Positions 1 through 11,983 of a stretch of 64,000 bases of DNA are shown here, one piece after another. Below the pieces are notes generated by a model. That model did not search any database and had not been told where the DNA came from. It saw only the letters and a list, made by a program, of their open reading frames with translations. The first letter of the stretch is position 1; each line of letters starts with the position of its first letter. A program made the translations under genes and the position numbers. This DNA is from Eledone cirrhosa (Eukaryota), in NCBI GenBank assembly GCA_964016885.1, contig OZ024740.1, forward strand, positions 199,950,001 through 200,014,000, read 5' to 3'.

Positions 1-800
1 TACCGGGATGATGGGCTCCTCACCCTCAAAGGGTACAACCCCAGTAGTACAGACCGGGTCCGTAAACAACTAATCAACTGCTTCCGGGACTGGGGATTTA
101 AAATCACCCTACAAACATCCCTAACCCGAGACAATTTCCTGGACGTTACCCTTAACCTCGAAAATGATCTGTACTACCCATATAGGAAATCAAACGACAA
201 CCTGCACTACATCCACCGCCGCTCAAACCATCCTAGAAACATCACTAATAACCTGGTTAAAAACATCTCCCTCCGCATATCTCGTTTGTCCGCTAATGAG
301 CAGTTATTCGACGACCACGCGCCTCTTTACAACCAGGCTCTCACGCGGAGTGGCTTCCAGGAGGAAATATCCTTTTATCCAGCTTTCCTTGGGGATCCAG
401 CAGGTGACACCGCCGCTTACGCAAAGTAACGTGGTTCAATCCTCCCGATAATGCCGAGGTGGCAACACCTATCGGGAAAATCTTCTTTAGACTCCTCGAA
501 AAACACTTCCCACTACAACACGGCTACCACAACATAATCAACAAAAATACCATCAAAATCTCCTACAGCACCACACCTAACTTCGCTCAAAACATCATCT
601 CCTCAAACAACAAAACACTCAACCCCTATGGAAGAAATGACCTAGACATCAGTGGAGAGCCGACCAGGAGGTGTAACTGCCCTGATTGATTTACGTGCCG
701 CCTCAACAACAAATGCCGAGAACGTAACGTGATCTACCAGTGCAACATGAGGACGGACACCCCCAACAAAGGTTATATAGGATTAACCGCGTGTGACTTC
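1..800 (+). pseudogene. PLE reverse transcriptase (YRDD) plus start of GIY-YIG domain, disrupted
   Basis: Manual translation plus ORFs 459-689 and 729-923. Stops and frameshifts present; homology is lost after YIGLTACDF (~800). Confidence 0.8.
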
Positions 801-1328
801 TTCCCCCTGTTTCTTTCCACCCCCTATTTTCTTCCTCGTCCGCTTTTCCCCTTCGCCTACCCCGATTGCAGCCCATCGGGCCTCTGTAGCATCAGTTCCC
901 CCACCCCTATAATTTTAAGATAGAATTGGCCGAATACGTTTTTCTAACTACAAAGTAGCAGACGTGTTAAACCCCTTTAATTCTGTATCACTTCTGGTAC
1001 TACTCAATTTCTACAAGTTTTTTCTATTCTCAAATTATTATCCCGTAATTGTAAGATAGCATTGTGACTTTTTATTTATTTCTCACTATCTAATTTTATA
1101 TATTTTTTAATTTCTTTCCATTTTCGATTTACCTTTTCTATTACCTCCCTCCTCCACTTCATACACTAGCCTTAGAATCTGCTGTATACTTATCACTTTC
1201 AACGCTTGACCGCTCCACTCACTCCCCTATTGTTCTACAGGCAAGTTCAGCCATGATAGACTTATTTGTGTTTACAACACATTTTTACCAATCCTCTTGA
1301 ACACTACAATCTTCCCATATAAGGAAGT

Positions 1329-1425
1329 ACCCCCTTGAAAAGTTCGGCTATTTATTCACCAGGCTAAAAATTCTAATTTAGTCCAGAAATAGCCGTCGAA
1401 ACAGCTTGAGCTCTTCCGTCGGGGT
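1329..1425 (+). ncRNA. Type I hammerhead ribozyme, U3-A8 core variant, long loop II
   Basis: ACCCC(C)-TTGAAAA-..CGGCTATTT/AAATAGCCG..-GAAAC...GTC-GGGGT. Stem I ACCCC/GGGGT, 9-bp stem II, GUC site. Confidence 0.6.
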
Positions 1426-1497
1426 CTTACTTTTTCCTATATATATATATACATCTCTCAGATGTGAGAAAAACCACAGATCCTCCATCTCAACTCA

Positions 1498-1535
1498 CCT
1501 TTTGAAAAGCAGAAGAACTGCGAAACCGGTAAAGG
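1498..1535 (+). ncRNA. Minimal type I hammerhead ribozyme, U3-A8 core variant
   Basis: CCTT-TTGAAAA-GCAG-AAGAA-CTGC-GAAAC-CG-GTA-AAGG. Stems I and II are complementary; stem III is the palindrome ACCGGT (dimer type). Confidence 0.7.
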
Positions 1536-1669
1536 AACCAAATAAATATATATATTTAAAAAAAAAATAAGACTTCAGTTGCATTTTCGATTTCATCTCT
1601 TTTTCTTTATACTTCCACTCGTGTAGGACACCTCGGTTATTTTTCATTTTGTAAAAAAAACCTCACTTT

Positions 1670-1725
<56 letters not shown>

Positions 1726-2540
1726 CTGTCTCATCACTTCACTAAGAACACTTTAAAAACGAATGAATGTCGTACAATAAGAAGAGAATGGTCTAGAAAT
1801 CTGTGTGTTGTATATAGTAATAGATAATTAATATAATCTGTATATTATTACCAAAATATCACTTAAACGAATGAAATCTAACAAAAGGTTTGAATCTTAT
1901 ACATCGATAATAGCGTTGAATCTTATAATGCAATAATGATTGTGTTTTATTCCCAATACATCTTCATGACCGATTTTTCGCATTACATTACCATTAGTTA
2001 TCCCTACAAGGCCTAATTTCCTGTAACCTTCATTTCCCTACATACATACAATCAACGCATTTGTACAATATTCAATGGCGTTTCTAGTGTTAGTAAGTCC
2101 AAATTGATATAATAGAGAATCCCTTATATAATATATATTATTTTGTTTTAAATCTGACACCTATATAAATGGAACAATCATTAAGTATAACATCTTCAGG
2201 CATAAGTTTGTAATTTCCAGCTCTCGAATATACTATTCACGCAATACAATATTCAATAGATTAGTTTCTGTCAATTTCTTCTTTTCCTCTTCTACCATCT
2301 ATTAATTTTAGAAATATATATTAGGAAAACATCATCATACTTTTTTCATATTGTTTCTCAAATATATTGTGTTACCTAAAATGTTATCTTTGTTTATATT
2401 TGTATTTAATCTATAGGCTGTTATCACAATGAAGTAACTCGAGAAAAAGAAATTCATTTTAAACAACAATGGTCTCAACGAAAAGTTATATCCGACATAT
2501 GTAAAAAAAGAGGATTTAAAAATAATTATTGTTTATATAG

Positions 2541-2636
2541 CATGCCACTCCCGAAAGTATCCACCAGAGAAAGACTGATGCAACACTGTCCGCTGAGACC
2601 ACGAGGCAAGTTCCACTGTCAAAAGGACAGAATGAG
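2541..2636 (+). other. Candidate 96-nt host exon
   Basis: GC-richer island in AT-rich DNA, preceded by tttatatAG and followed by GAG|GTaaaa. Open reading HATPESIHQRKTDATLSAETTRQVPLSKGQNE; no recognisable family. Confidence 0.2.
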
Positions 2637-2696
2637 GTAAAAGCAATATGCTTCAGACACGATTTAACATCAAAAATATTGTTTGATCAAATAATA

Positions 2697-2698
2697 CG

Positions 2699-2736
<38 letters not shown>

Positions 2737-2776
2737 CACATGCATACATACACACATACACACACGCATACATACG

Positions 2777-2810
<34 letters not shown>

Positions 2811-2834
2811 TACACACACACACACACACACACG

Positions 2835-2883
<49 letters not shown>

Positions 2884-2934
2884 AGACATACATACAAGCA
2901 TGCATACATACATTCATTCATACATACATATATA
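2697..2934. repeat. Compound (CA)n/(TA)n/(CATA)n microsatellite
   Basis: Direct inspection. Confidence 0.95.
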
Positions 2935-3545
2935 CACGGTGGCTGCCAACTCGTTTTCGAGTACGGCCACTACTTTATATCCATGTAGGAGAACCCCTAC
3001 CGATGCGCTGAACGAGTGTGACTTTTTAGTCCAGCCAGCGACTTGAAAACTCTGGTACAAACACTGCACTTGTGACAATTATTGACACATAGTGCTGGGC
3101 CCATGGTACCATGTAACGACAAGTGCAGAGAGATCTCCAGATATAAAGCAATACCTGTGCCGTGAAGCTTTTATAGTGAGCAAATGCACTGCACAAAGCC
3201 AGTCCCACTCTCTTAACCAAGATGATATTTACCAAAAAGTAGAACAAGTCAACATGATTGGATACCATCAGGGATGCAGGTGTTATATCATAGTTTTCCT
3301 TCTCCTAGAATTCTGCCTTGACAAAGGCTAAGGGGGCATCTCTCCCGGTGATTTTGGATGGCCATTGACTCTTAAGAGCTCCTTTGCCCTTTGACAGGTT
3401 TTGTTTTTAGTCCTGCAGGATGTCCAAAGTCACCCACCTCACCAAGAAACCTTGGTGGGGTTGCCAGTTTAGTCGCCAACGACCTGATCATGAGGCAGGT
3501 TGTACTGGGATACATGTTACCAGTAGCACCAACTGGTGACCTGAC
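2935..3545 (-). mobile_element. Short non-autonomous retroelement, probably RTE-derived, in (CATA)n
   Basis: The 3' ~265 bp recur in opposite orientation at 56511-56778. The 5' end has a GTCG-TTGG-CGAC-TAA-ACTGG motif resembling RTE 5' HDV-like ribozymes. (TATG)n lies on both sides. Confidence 0.6.
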
Positions 3546-4407
3546 ATATATACATACATACATACTTACATGGTTTCCCCCGTTTTTCATCGATAAAAAG
3601 AGGCAATATAATCCATGTGTATCTCTTAGATCATTGGAATTCTCTTATCTTATCTACCTTAACTGAAGTTCTTGTTACCGTTAAGTATGTAAACCTTGCT
3701 TGATAACTGTTCCCTTCAGGCATCTATATAATTAATAATTTCTTGTGTTTCTCGCTGTCGTTATATTTCACAACACATGCTATTCCCTTTAACTACTGCG
3801 TAAACAAATTTCTAATGAATGACCCTGGCCATGATTTTCGAATAATTATGAAGATAATCAAGAATGTGGAGTCAGTTAGCATATCTTGTTTATTTTAAGC
3901 TGGTTTTTTTAAACATAAATTTGAAAATCCCAAAACAATTATAAAATCATAGATTTATGATGCATGGTTTATTTTTAAATATGACCACATATTTGATATA
4001 ACATGAGTTAAGCATTTGTTGTCCATATTTAAGTGTTTCCGATGCGGCGATCGCTTCATGCATTCTATATTCTTAAAGCATGTTAATAAAATATATTTAA
4101 CAAATAATCTTTTGAAAATCAGTCATGATGACAAGGTATTTAAAGTGCATTGAGTATAATTGTCACAGTGAAGTAAGGTGATTTTTTAGAAGATTACATT
4201 TTGTTTAGCATACCAGTGTTAATTAGTTGAAATGCAAGAAAATAAAATGGCACCTGGTAGTAATTATATTCTGCGTAAAATGTATAAGAGATACACAACA
4301 ATTGAGAGGAGTTTAACCTCTCCATCTCTGTCCTTTCTGCTACTCATATATAGTCACTGATACATATATAGTCATATGTAGTTGCATAGCTGCTCATATA
4401 TATACAC

Positions 4408-4409
<2 letters not shown>

Positions 4410-4450
<41 letters not shown>

Positions 4451-4474
4451 CATATACACCTCCCACACACACAC

Positions 4475-4555
<81 letters not shown>
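4410..4555. repeat. (TA)n microsatellite
   Basis: Direct inspection. Confidence 0.95.
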
Positions 4556-4556
<1 letters not shown>

Positions 4557-5187
4557 TTACGGTAAACATTGATGCAATTAAATTCAAGAACTCAACGTAC
4601 TTTTTACACGTGGGAATGACGAAGTATATATAGAATAAGAAAATGCGATGTAGTTTCAGATGGTACAGTCATTTATTGATTCGGCTGTGATACATATTTC
4701 AATGATGACAATGGCCACACGATTCCGCGTACCCAGTGCCATGATCTCATCAGACCGCTTCTTACATAATACAGTTACGTTCCCGAGGCAAGCCAAATTG
4801 AAACGACAAAGGAACGGACAAAGAGGATGTTTCTGAAGCACTCGCTCGTTCTAATTGCGCCTGTTCAAAGCTATGGAGGTGAATTGGGGCTCATAGGCAA
4901 ACGGGGGAATGCTTCAGGAACATCATCTTTATCCGTTCCCGTGACATTTCAATTTGGATTGCATCGAGAATGTAACCTTATGCAAGAAGATGTCTGATGA
5001 AAACATATCACAGCCTTATCAATAAAGAACTCTGAACATCTGAAACTAATTCGCATTTTCTCTCTCTCACTCTCTCTGTCTCTTTCTCTCTCTGTGTTTC
5101 TCTCTCTCTCTCTCCCTCTCTCCCTCTCACCCTCTCTCTCTCTCTCTATGTATATATATATATATAATCATTATTATTAGTAGCAAT

Positions 5188-5379
5188 GCGATGAGTTGGC
5201 AGTATCGGTAAGGGACGGACGCATACTTTCCCGCAGAGTAACGCTCCTTTACGGTCTGAGATCCAATGCCGCCGAGGTTAACTTTGCCTTTCATCCTTAC
5301 GGGGTCAATAAAATAAAGTACCAGTAATGCACTGGGTATTTGCTGGCCTTACTCCAAAAGTAGAAACAATTATTATTAG
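5188..5379 (+). mobile_element. tRNA-derived SINE with Deu/Nin-like core and (ATT)n tail
   Basis: A-box-like TGGCAGTATCGG, B-box-like GATCCAATGCC, core CTTTGCCTTTCATCCTT.CGGGGTC.ATAAA..AAGTACC. ATTATTATTAG at both 5170-5180 and 5369-5379 (TSD-like). Paralog at 32266-32447. Confidence 0.75.
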
Positions 5380-5441
5380 CACTGATTAAATGGTTAAGCA
5401 AACACGATATGATTTTCCACTTATACAGCACAACCTAAATC

Positions 5442-5491
<50 letters not shown>

Positions 5492-5660
5492 ATATGTGTA
5501 TGCATACTGTCTACAAGACGTAGCAAAGACAGCATTCTATATATTCATCTTGAAGGGAAATCTGCCTTTTATTTCTCTGGAATGTAATTTACAGGATTCT
5601 TATTGATTCCTCATTCAATGTTGAAAGTTTGAAGGACAGACAATATAATTTATTGTTACA

Positions 5661-5661
<1 letters not shown>

Positions 5662-5698
<37 letters not shown>
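5662..5698. repeat. (TAA)n microsatellite, 3' tail/target of Tx1 copy 1
   Basis: Direct inspection. Confidence 0.95.
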
Positions 5699-5700
<2 letters not shown>

Positions 5701-5986
5701 TCCTTTATTGGCCACAAGGGCTGACATCAAGAAAAACACCACAGACGGAACAGGACGGTACGATGTGGGTTTTGTGCGTGTAAATATTTTTATTATTTAT
5801 ATAAGAAAAGAAAAAGACATAAAACATATATATATATATAAACAATAAAATGAAAATTAAAACAATGAAAAATTCCCCAATAGGGAGGTAACCTCCGAGG
5901 GTTACTCGTGGCGAAAACCACACAAAAGACACGGCCCCACTGACTACCAGGGCAAGCGCCTTCACTCAATTTTTCCATCTCTCAAA

Positions 5987-8900
5987 CTACAGACGTATAT
6001 TCACACCCGTTCACCATCAAGGAAGCACCAGAGATGTCGCAGCCTCAGCGCATGTTTGTGCATCATCAGCCATGACATGCCCAGTCCTCGGACCATTCTC
6101 GCTACATTCACCCACCTTTCAACAAACTTGCTAGAAAGCAGCACTTGCCTCTCCACCATGATGTTCCTCTTCAAGCGAAACTTGAAAAAGTTAATCAGGG
6201 TTCGCCGAAGAGGAAAGTGTTTGTCTTTAATCCTTTTAACCTTTTCCACCACACAATCTCTTTCGCCATGGCCACCAGGCAGATGAAAACCGCCTGCCCT
6301 TCCTCCTCAAAGGAAGACGGCGAGACCATCAGCACAATGGACTCAGTCGCAAACCGGATCAGTCCCACACGTGACAGCAACTATTCGACATAGCTCCACA
6401 AGTCAACAATGCTCGGGCACTGAATGAGTGCGTGCACAACGGTTTCGTCGCTATGCGCGCATCTCGGACAGGCTCGGCTGACGGGACTTCCGTGCCTGTA
6501 GAGCTTATCTCGAACCAGCAGCGCTCCCCGGTAGCACTGCCAGGCCAGGGATTTTTGGAAGTTAACCATAGGCCCCGCGCTGAAAGTTCTCCGGAAGAGA
6601 GCAATCAGCTGATTTTCTTCGACGCCCAGGATCTCTCCGAGAACGTCGTCGCTCTTCCCCTCCACTAGTCCTCTATAGAACGCCGAGGTGGATGTTCGAC
6701 CGATACTGGTGCCCAACTGGGAGAGGGCAGTCAGCGCCTGGAGATATTCCAGTTTCCAAGCGCTATCCCTCGGTCTTTTTCTGACCCAGGACTGCAGCTC
6801 CGTCAAGGAGACGAGCTGTGGGAAAATGTGCCTGGCGAACGGCGACCACACCCGTTCACCATCAAGGAAGCACCAGAGATGTCGCAGCCTCAGCGCATGT
6901 TTGTGCATCATCAGCCATGACATGCCCAGTCCTCCACGCAACGGGTGTTGACAGCAGATGGATCGTCTGAGCATGGGAGCGCGTCCCTTCCACACAAAGC
7001 GGAAGAGGAGGCGCTCCATTTTGGTGAGAGTTGGGCTGGAGCAAGGGACCACGGTGAGGCGGTAGCAGATGACGGATGCAATGTACGCATTCGCCACTTC
7101 AGCCCGGGCTTTCAGGTACAGCTTCCTCTCAGCCCATTTCTGGGTCAGGGAGGCCACCCTGCTCGTCACCTCGTTCCAGTTTTTCTCCATCTGGAGGTCC
7201 GGTCCGAACCAGACCCCGAGCAATTTAACCGGTCCGTCCGTCCAACGCCACACGACACTGCAAGCCCACCGACTTTTCCTGGTTTATCTTTGCTCCTGTC
7301 ACCGCTTCGTATTCCTTGAAAACGGTGCCGAGCATCTGGACGTGTCTGGTGCTCGACACCACCACGGTGACGTCGTCAGCATAAGCCGACTCGGATCTTC
7401 CGCATCCTAGTTCGTGTGGGACGCCCCTCATCGCCCCCAGTTTGTGCAGTAACGGCTTGAGAGCCAATACGTACAAGAGGGATGAGACTGGACAACCCTG
7501 GCGGACTGAGCGCATGATGCTGAACGGCTGCGACAGGTGACCGTTCACCCTCACAACTGAGCAGATGTCGCTCTACATTTCTGCCACCCAACACATGAAA
7601 CGGGCCCGAAACCGGCTGCCTCGAGGAACCCCGCCAGGTACCGATGGTCGACCCTATCGAATGCTTTGGATTGATCCAAGTTGATCAGGGCCCCACCCTT
7701 GCCAGGTTCCTTAACCACCCTCTCTATGATGTATCGCATGAGGTGGAGGTTGTATATGGATCTGTCCGGGATGGCGCATGTCTGCGCCTCTCCCACCAGA
7801 CCCTTGACGACAAGCGCCAACCTCTTTGCTAACACCTTGGCCAAAATCTTGAACTCTGCGTTTAGCAGGGTTATGGGCCTGAAATTATCAATAACATCCC
7901 CCTTGTTCGGGTCTTTTCTCAGCAGCGTCACTGCTCCCCGGCTCACAAAACTGGGAATGCTCCCGTTCTGCTGCCAGTTGCAATAGACGTCTGCCAAGAG
8001 GTCACCGAACAAGTCTGGCATAAATGCATAAAGCTCGTAGGGCAGACCATCTAAACCTGGCGATTTACCTCTTGTGCAGTTAGCCATCGCTTCCCGTATT
8101 TCACCAGCTGTTATTGGCTTTTCGCAACACTGTGCTGCGGTCGTCGAGAGCTGAAGCAGTCCGTCGAGGCATGCACTGAAGTCCATGCCCCGATCCGGGC
8201 CGCCGCCGCTCCCGAACAGTTCAGCAAAGTGCTGCTGAAAAGCTTCACACATCCGCTCGGGTTCGAGCATCACACACCCGTTCTGGTCAGACAAAGACCG
8301 AATTGTGGCTTTATTGCCACGTCGCGCATCTGCCACCCGGGCCCATTGGACGGCTTTTGTCCCCTCGTGTTTCAGAGCACGCACTCTAGCTCTGACAACG
8401 CAGCCTTCGTGTTTTGCGTTGAAGAATTGGTCGAGTGCCAATCTCGCCGCAAGCACGTCGGTTGCGATGCATGTCCTAAACGCCTCTTCTAGCTTTATGA
8501 CTAGCTCTCCCTCTGCTCTATTTTCCTCTATCACTACTCCTTTGCTAAACCTAATCGACTCTACTTTAATTGCCCTTTTCAGGGCGAACCACCACCTGTT
8601 GTTGACGACTGCTCCCGTCAACGCCCGCTTAACTAATACGCTAATCCGGACTCTGTAGGCCTTGCGCGCCGGGAAAGACGCGTTCAGCTTCCAGTAACCA
8701 GGCCCTTGTCTATGAAGTCTGTCTATGTCGATCTCACAGATCATAAATTTGTGGTCTGTGTAGTCGACTATTTTAAATTGTGGACAACATATACTAGCCT
8801 TATCTAGTTCCCTGCAGAATACCCTATCTAGATACGATCTGGATGACCCGATGCGGTTTGTCATTGTCCACATTGGAACATTCGGGTGATCCAGTCGATA

Positions 8901-9431
8901 CCTGTCAGAGAGTTCAAAACGTCTGAGCAGGTTGGTGAGGCTATTGCACCATCCTCCCCTATCCACTAGCCCCACACGATCCCAACGTGCATCCAAGATA
9001 CCGTTCCAGTCGCCCAGTATCACTAAAGAGCTGGACGTTCCAAGAAAGGTCTCTAGACGTCTGAAGAAATCTTGCCGTCCTGCCCCTGTTGGGGCGTAGA
9101 CAGCTACTAGCCTGAAAGCATTGCTTTCGCTGCTGGTCACGTCCAGCACCACCGACTTACCTTCCGGGTCCAGGAAGATGGCCCGTATCGCGAGATCCAA
9201 ACCTCTCCGAAAAAGGACGACACCCCCTCCTCCCGATACTGGACGGCTGGGAGATGCGTATACATCGTAGCCGCCGAAGATCGGTGCGAAGGCCCGTGCC
9301 TCGGAGATTCTGGATTCACTGATGGCCACCACATCTATGTTTAGTGACCTGAGGACATTGAGCAGGTGACCCTGCTTCCAAGATAACCCCAGGCCACGTG
9401 CATTTATACTGCCTATTCTGAGTACAGCCAT
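5987..9431 (-). pseudogene. Tx1 ORF2: AP-endonuclease + reverse transcriptase + Cys-rich domain, frameshifted
   Basis: ORFs 7551-9467, 7225-7554, 6381-7253, 6195-6380: SINARGL, VYAP, GDWN, YLDR, TDH, KSPGLDG, NFRPITLLN, LDQSKAFD, RQGCP, AYADD, CPRC..ETVVH...C. ATG in CAACATG context at 9431. Confidence 0.92.
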
Positions 9432-9463
9432 GTTGGATGAGAAACGGGGCAAATGAGAAAGGG

Positions 9464-11445
9464 TCACTTACCTTCTTCGTGTGGTGAAGGGACAGTAGAA
9501 CCGCCCCTTTCGCTGGTCATGGGTGTTTCCAAGAGGATGTCAGTGTATATCCTCTTGGTAACCGTCCCTCTGAAGTCTCCAACAACGTTGGGGAATTTTT
9601 GTTTTAAAGGTTTGTATTGTTCTATTGAGATTTCGATGATGCTTATGTTTGTCGGAAGAGTTCTTGGTGTTGGTGGGGTGAAGTAGTTTTTTTTCCGTGA
9701 TGTCTGTGTGCTGCTTTATATATTTTATGAGTTCTTTTTTTGCTATGTTTATGGCTGTGTAAGTTTGGGGGGGAGGGGTGGTTTTGTTGCCGTTTTCTTC
9801 TTGTTGCTGTTTGGTGTATGTGTCGTGTTGTGTTTGCGTTGTTGGTGTTTGTGGTGGTGTTGCTGCAAGTTTCCTTGCTGCCTTTACCTCTCTTTGTATG
9901 CCTTCGCTTTTGGAGGGTGAATCTAAGGTTTTTTTTGTTTTTTGTTTTTTGTGGCAGACTGTTTGCCACGTCACTCCCGCCTCAAACTCCATGTCGGATT
10001 CTGTGGCGTCTGTGACGGGTATATGCTCCACAGCTGTTGGTGGTGGTAGTGGAGCCCTCTTCGGCAATGGTGTTGCTGGTGTAGCTATTTTAAATGTAGC
10101 TATTGGTGTTGCCGCTACTGATGATGCTGCTTTAGTTATCCGTGGCCTTGTACGGGTGCTACGGACGTTGCCCTCCTACTCACCGTGGAAGGGGCTTCTT
10201 CGTTTGTTGCCTGTCCTGCTCTTGGTAGCAGCGGAACAGCTATTGAAAGGAGAGGGGCCTTCTTCGCTGTCTTCTGTGGGAAAAAGGCCCTGAGGTGACC
10301 TTTCGACCCACAGAGATAACATTTTGGCCGTCTTCCTTCTACACTTATAGGGAGTTGGAGTCCTTCCTCAAAGTCTATGATATCGGGGATAGCCTCGATA
10401 CATTCCTGGTCAGTTTGTATAAGCATTTGCATGCCTATACCTGACCAGTTCTCTCTCCCTATTTTTTCTACTTGCAGCATGCTCGCCCTGTTCTTAATTC
10501 CAGCAAGGACAGACGCGGCCAGCCAAGGTATGGGCGCGTCGGGTGGGACCTGGGTCACTTTCACCCTCACAATTTTCTGCCCGCAGTAGGAGGGCACCAA
10601 GACTAACTCCTCACTCTTTAGGGTTTCCAAAGAGTGAGACTTTGCTTCCTGGGGGGTGGCGAAAAGTATGTCTACTGTGGCGTACTTTCTGCCTCGGGTG
10701 ATGTGGGTTTTGCGTGCCCAGACGCACCCCAAGGCCTTTTTGATTTTAGCCTCCGTGGCTCTCTTCATTCGATGTGAGATTTTGCTTACGGTGCGGTAAG
10801 TCACCTTTCGTAGCTGCTGGTCCTTGAAAAAATCGGGTGGAGGTTTCAGGGAAACTCTATTTGCGCTTCTTGTCACCATGGCCCTTGAGACTGCCATCTC
10901 CTCCTCTGTGACTAACACTGTCTCGATATTTCGGGCGACACCTGCAAAAGAAGTGGTTCCTTTTTCAGCAGCACCACTATTGTTGCCGCTACTGGTCTTA
11001 CTGGTGGTGCTGAGGTCGCTATTACAGGTATCGGTGTCATTGTTGTTGTTTTCGCTGGTACAGTTGTTGGTGTTGTTTTCGTTGATACTGTTGCTGCTGT
11101 TACTGTTATTGTGGCTGTTGTTATTATTGTTGTTTTTGTTGATACTGTTCCTACTATTATTGTTGTTGTGGCTGTTGTTATTGTCATTGTTATTGTCGTT
11201 CTCGACCTTACCGCCGTTATTTTTGTTATTGTCGTTCTCGACTTTACCGCTGTTATTTTTGTTATTGTCGTTCTCGACTCTACCGCTGTTATTTTTAGTG
11301 TTGTTGTTGGTGATGCTGTTGGTTTTATTGTTGGTGTTGTTTGTGTTAGAAATATTTGTTAATTTTAAATCTGTAACAATCTTTTTTTTCCTTTGTAATA
11401 TTTTCGTTTATATTTACCTCCGCTGGAACGCTGTCTTGTTGACAT
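9464..11445 (-). pseudogene. Tx1 ORF1: N/T-rich N-terminus, central domain, CCHC zinc knuckle, P/T-rich tail; frameshifted
   Basis: ORF 10136-10918 has EGRRPKCYLCGSKGHLRAF; ORF 9540-10067 follows. Homologous to the ORF1s of copies 2 and 3. A 36-bp unit repeats three times at ~11191-11298. Confidence 0.75.
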
Positions 11446-11725
11446 GCTGATAAAGTCTCCCTCTCTCTGTGTTGTCTGACAGCGCTCTCTCTCTTTTTTG
11501 TGTTATCCATATTGAAATTTTTCAAAAAATATTTTTACACAAATACGAATGCGACACCCCGTAAAGGGGTGCCTTATTATTTACTAGTGAACCCCTGTAT
11601 TAGGTGGGTCACTTCTTCTAAACTTTTATCAAATTTAAAACTTGAATAAAAGGTTTAGAACGGTTGAAAAAGAGGTAAAACGTTGAAAAAGACTGGAGGC
11701 GATAAGAAGCGTGGCTTCACCAACC

Positions 11726-11746
11726 AATAATAATAATAATAATAAT
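11726..11746. repeat. (TAA)n spacer between Tx1 copies 1 and 2
   Basis: Direct inspection. Confidence 0.95.
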
Positions 11747-11983
11747 GCTTTCTTTATTAACCACAAGGGTTTACATAAAGTAGACATTAAGGACAGTACA
11801 GGAAAATACAGGACGGTACAAATGGTCATTTCTGCGTGTAAAAAAAACAGAGGATGTAATAAAAAATAACAATGAAAATGGGGGGGAGACTTCCGAGGGG
11901 CATTTGTGGAGAAAGCCCATTAAAAGGCCACAGCGACCCTGACCACCAGGGCAGGTGCCCTCTCCCAGTTTCCCACCTTTAAT

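Larger units (their letters stand above)
1..1670 (+). mobile_element. Penelope-like retroelement (PLE), 3' part: RT C-terminus, truncated GIY-YIG endonuclease and pLTR-like 3' region with hammerheads
   Basis: Frame 1 from base 1 reads YRDDGLL...NFLDVTLNL...PYRKSND.LHYIH.RSNHP, then WFNPP, KHFP, ISYS, CNC and VIYQC...YIGLT, the typical PLE RT/GIY-YIG motif order. Two hammerhead motifs lie downstream and the element ends at (TA)n. Confidence 0.85.
5699..11725 (-). mobile_element. Full-length Tx1-clade (L1 group) LINE, copy 1
   Basis: ORF1 with zinc knuckle and ORF2 with APE+RT+C-terminal Cys domain. 3' AATAAA then (ATT)n; 5' junction ATTATT|GG. Confidence 0.92.

Noticed and set aside
4640-5000. 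GC-richer island with partial reading frames
   Set aside because: In-frame stops, no recognisable motif and no convincing splice pair.
10824-11450. 208-aa Leu/Val-rich plus-strand ORF resembling a membrane protein (also 9778-10293, 15036-15557, 30405-30794)
   Set aside because: Antisense shadow of the CAA-rich low-complexity parts of Tx1 ORF1.
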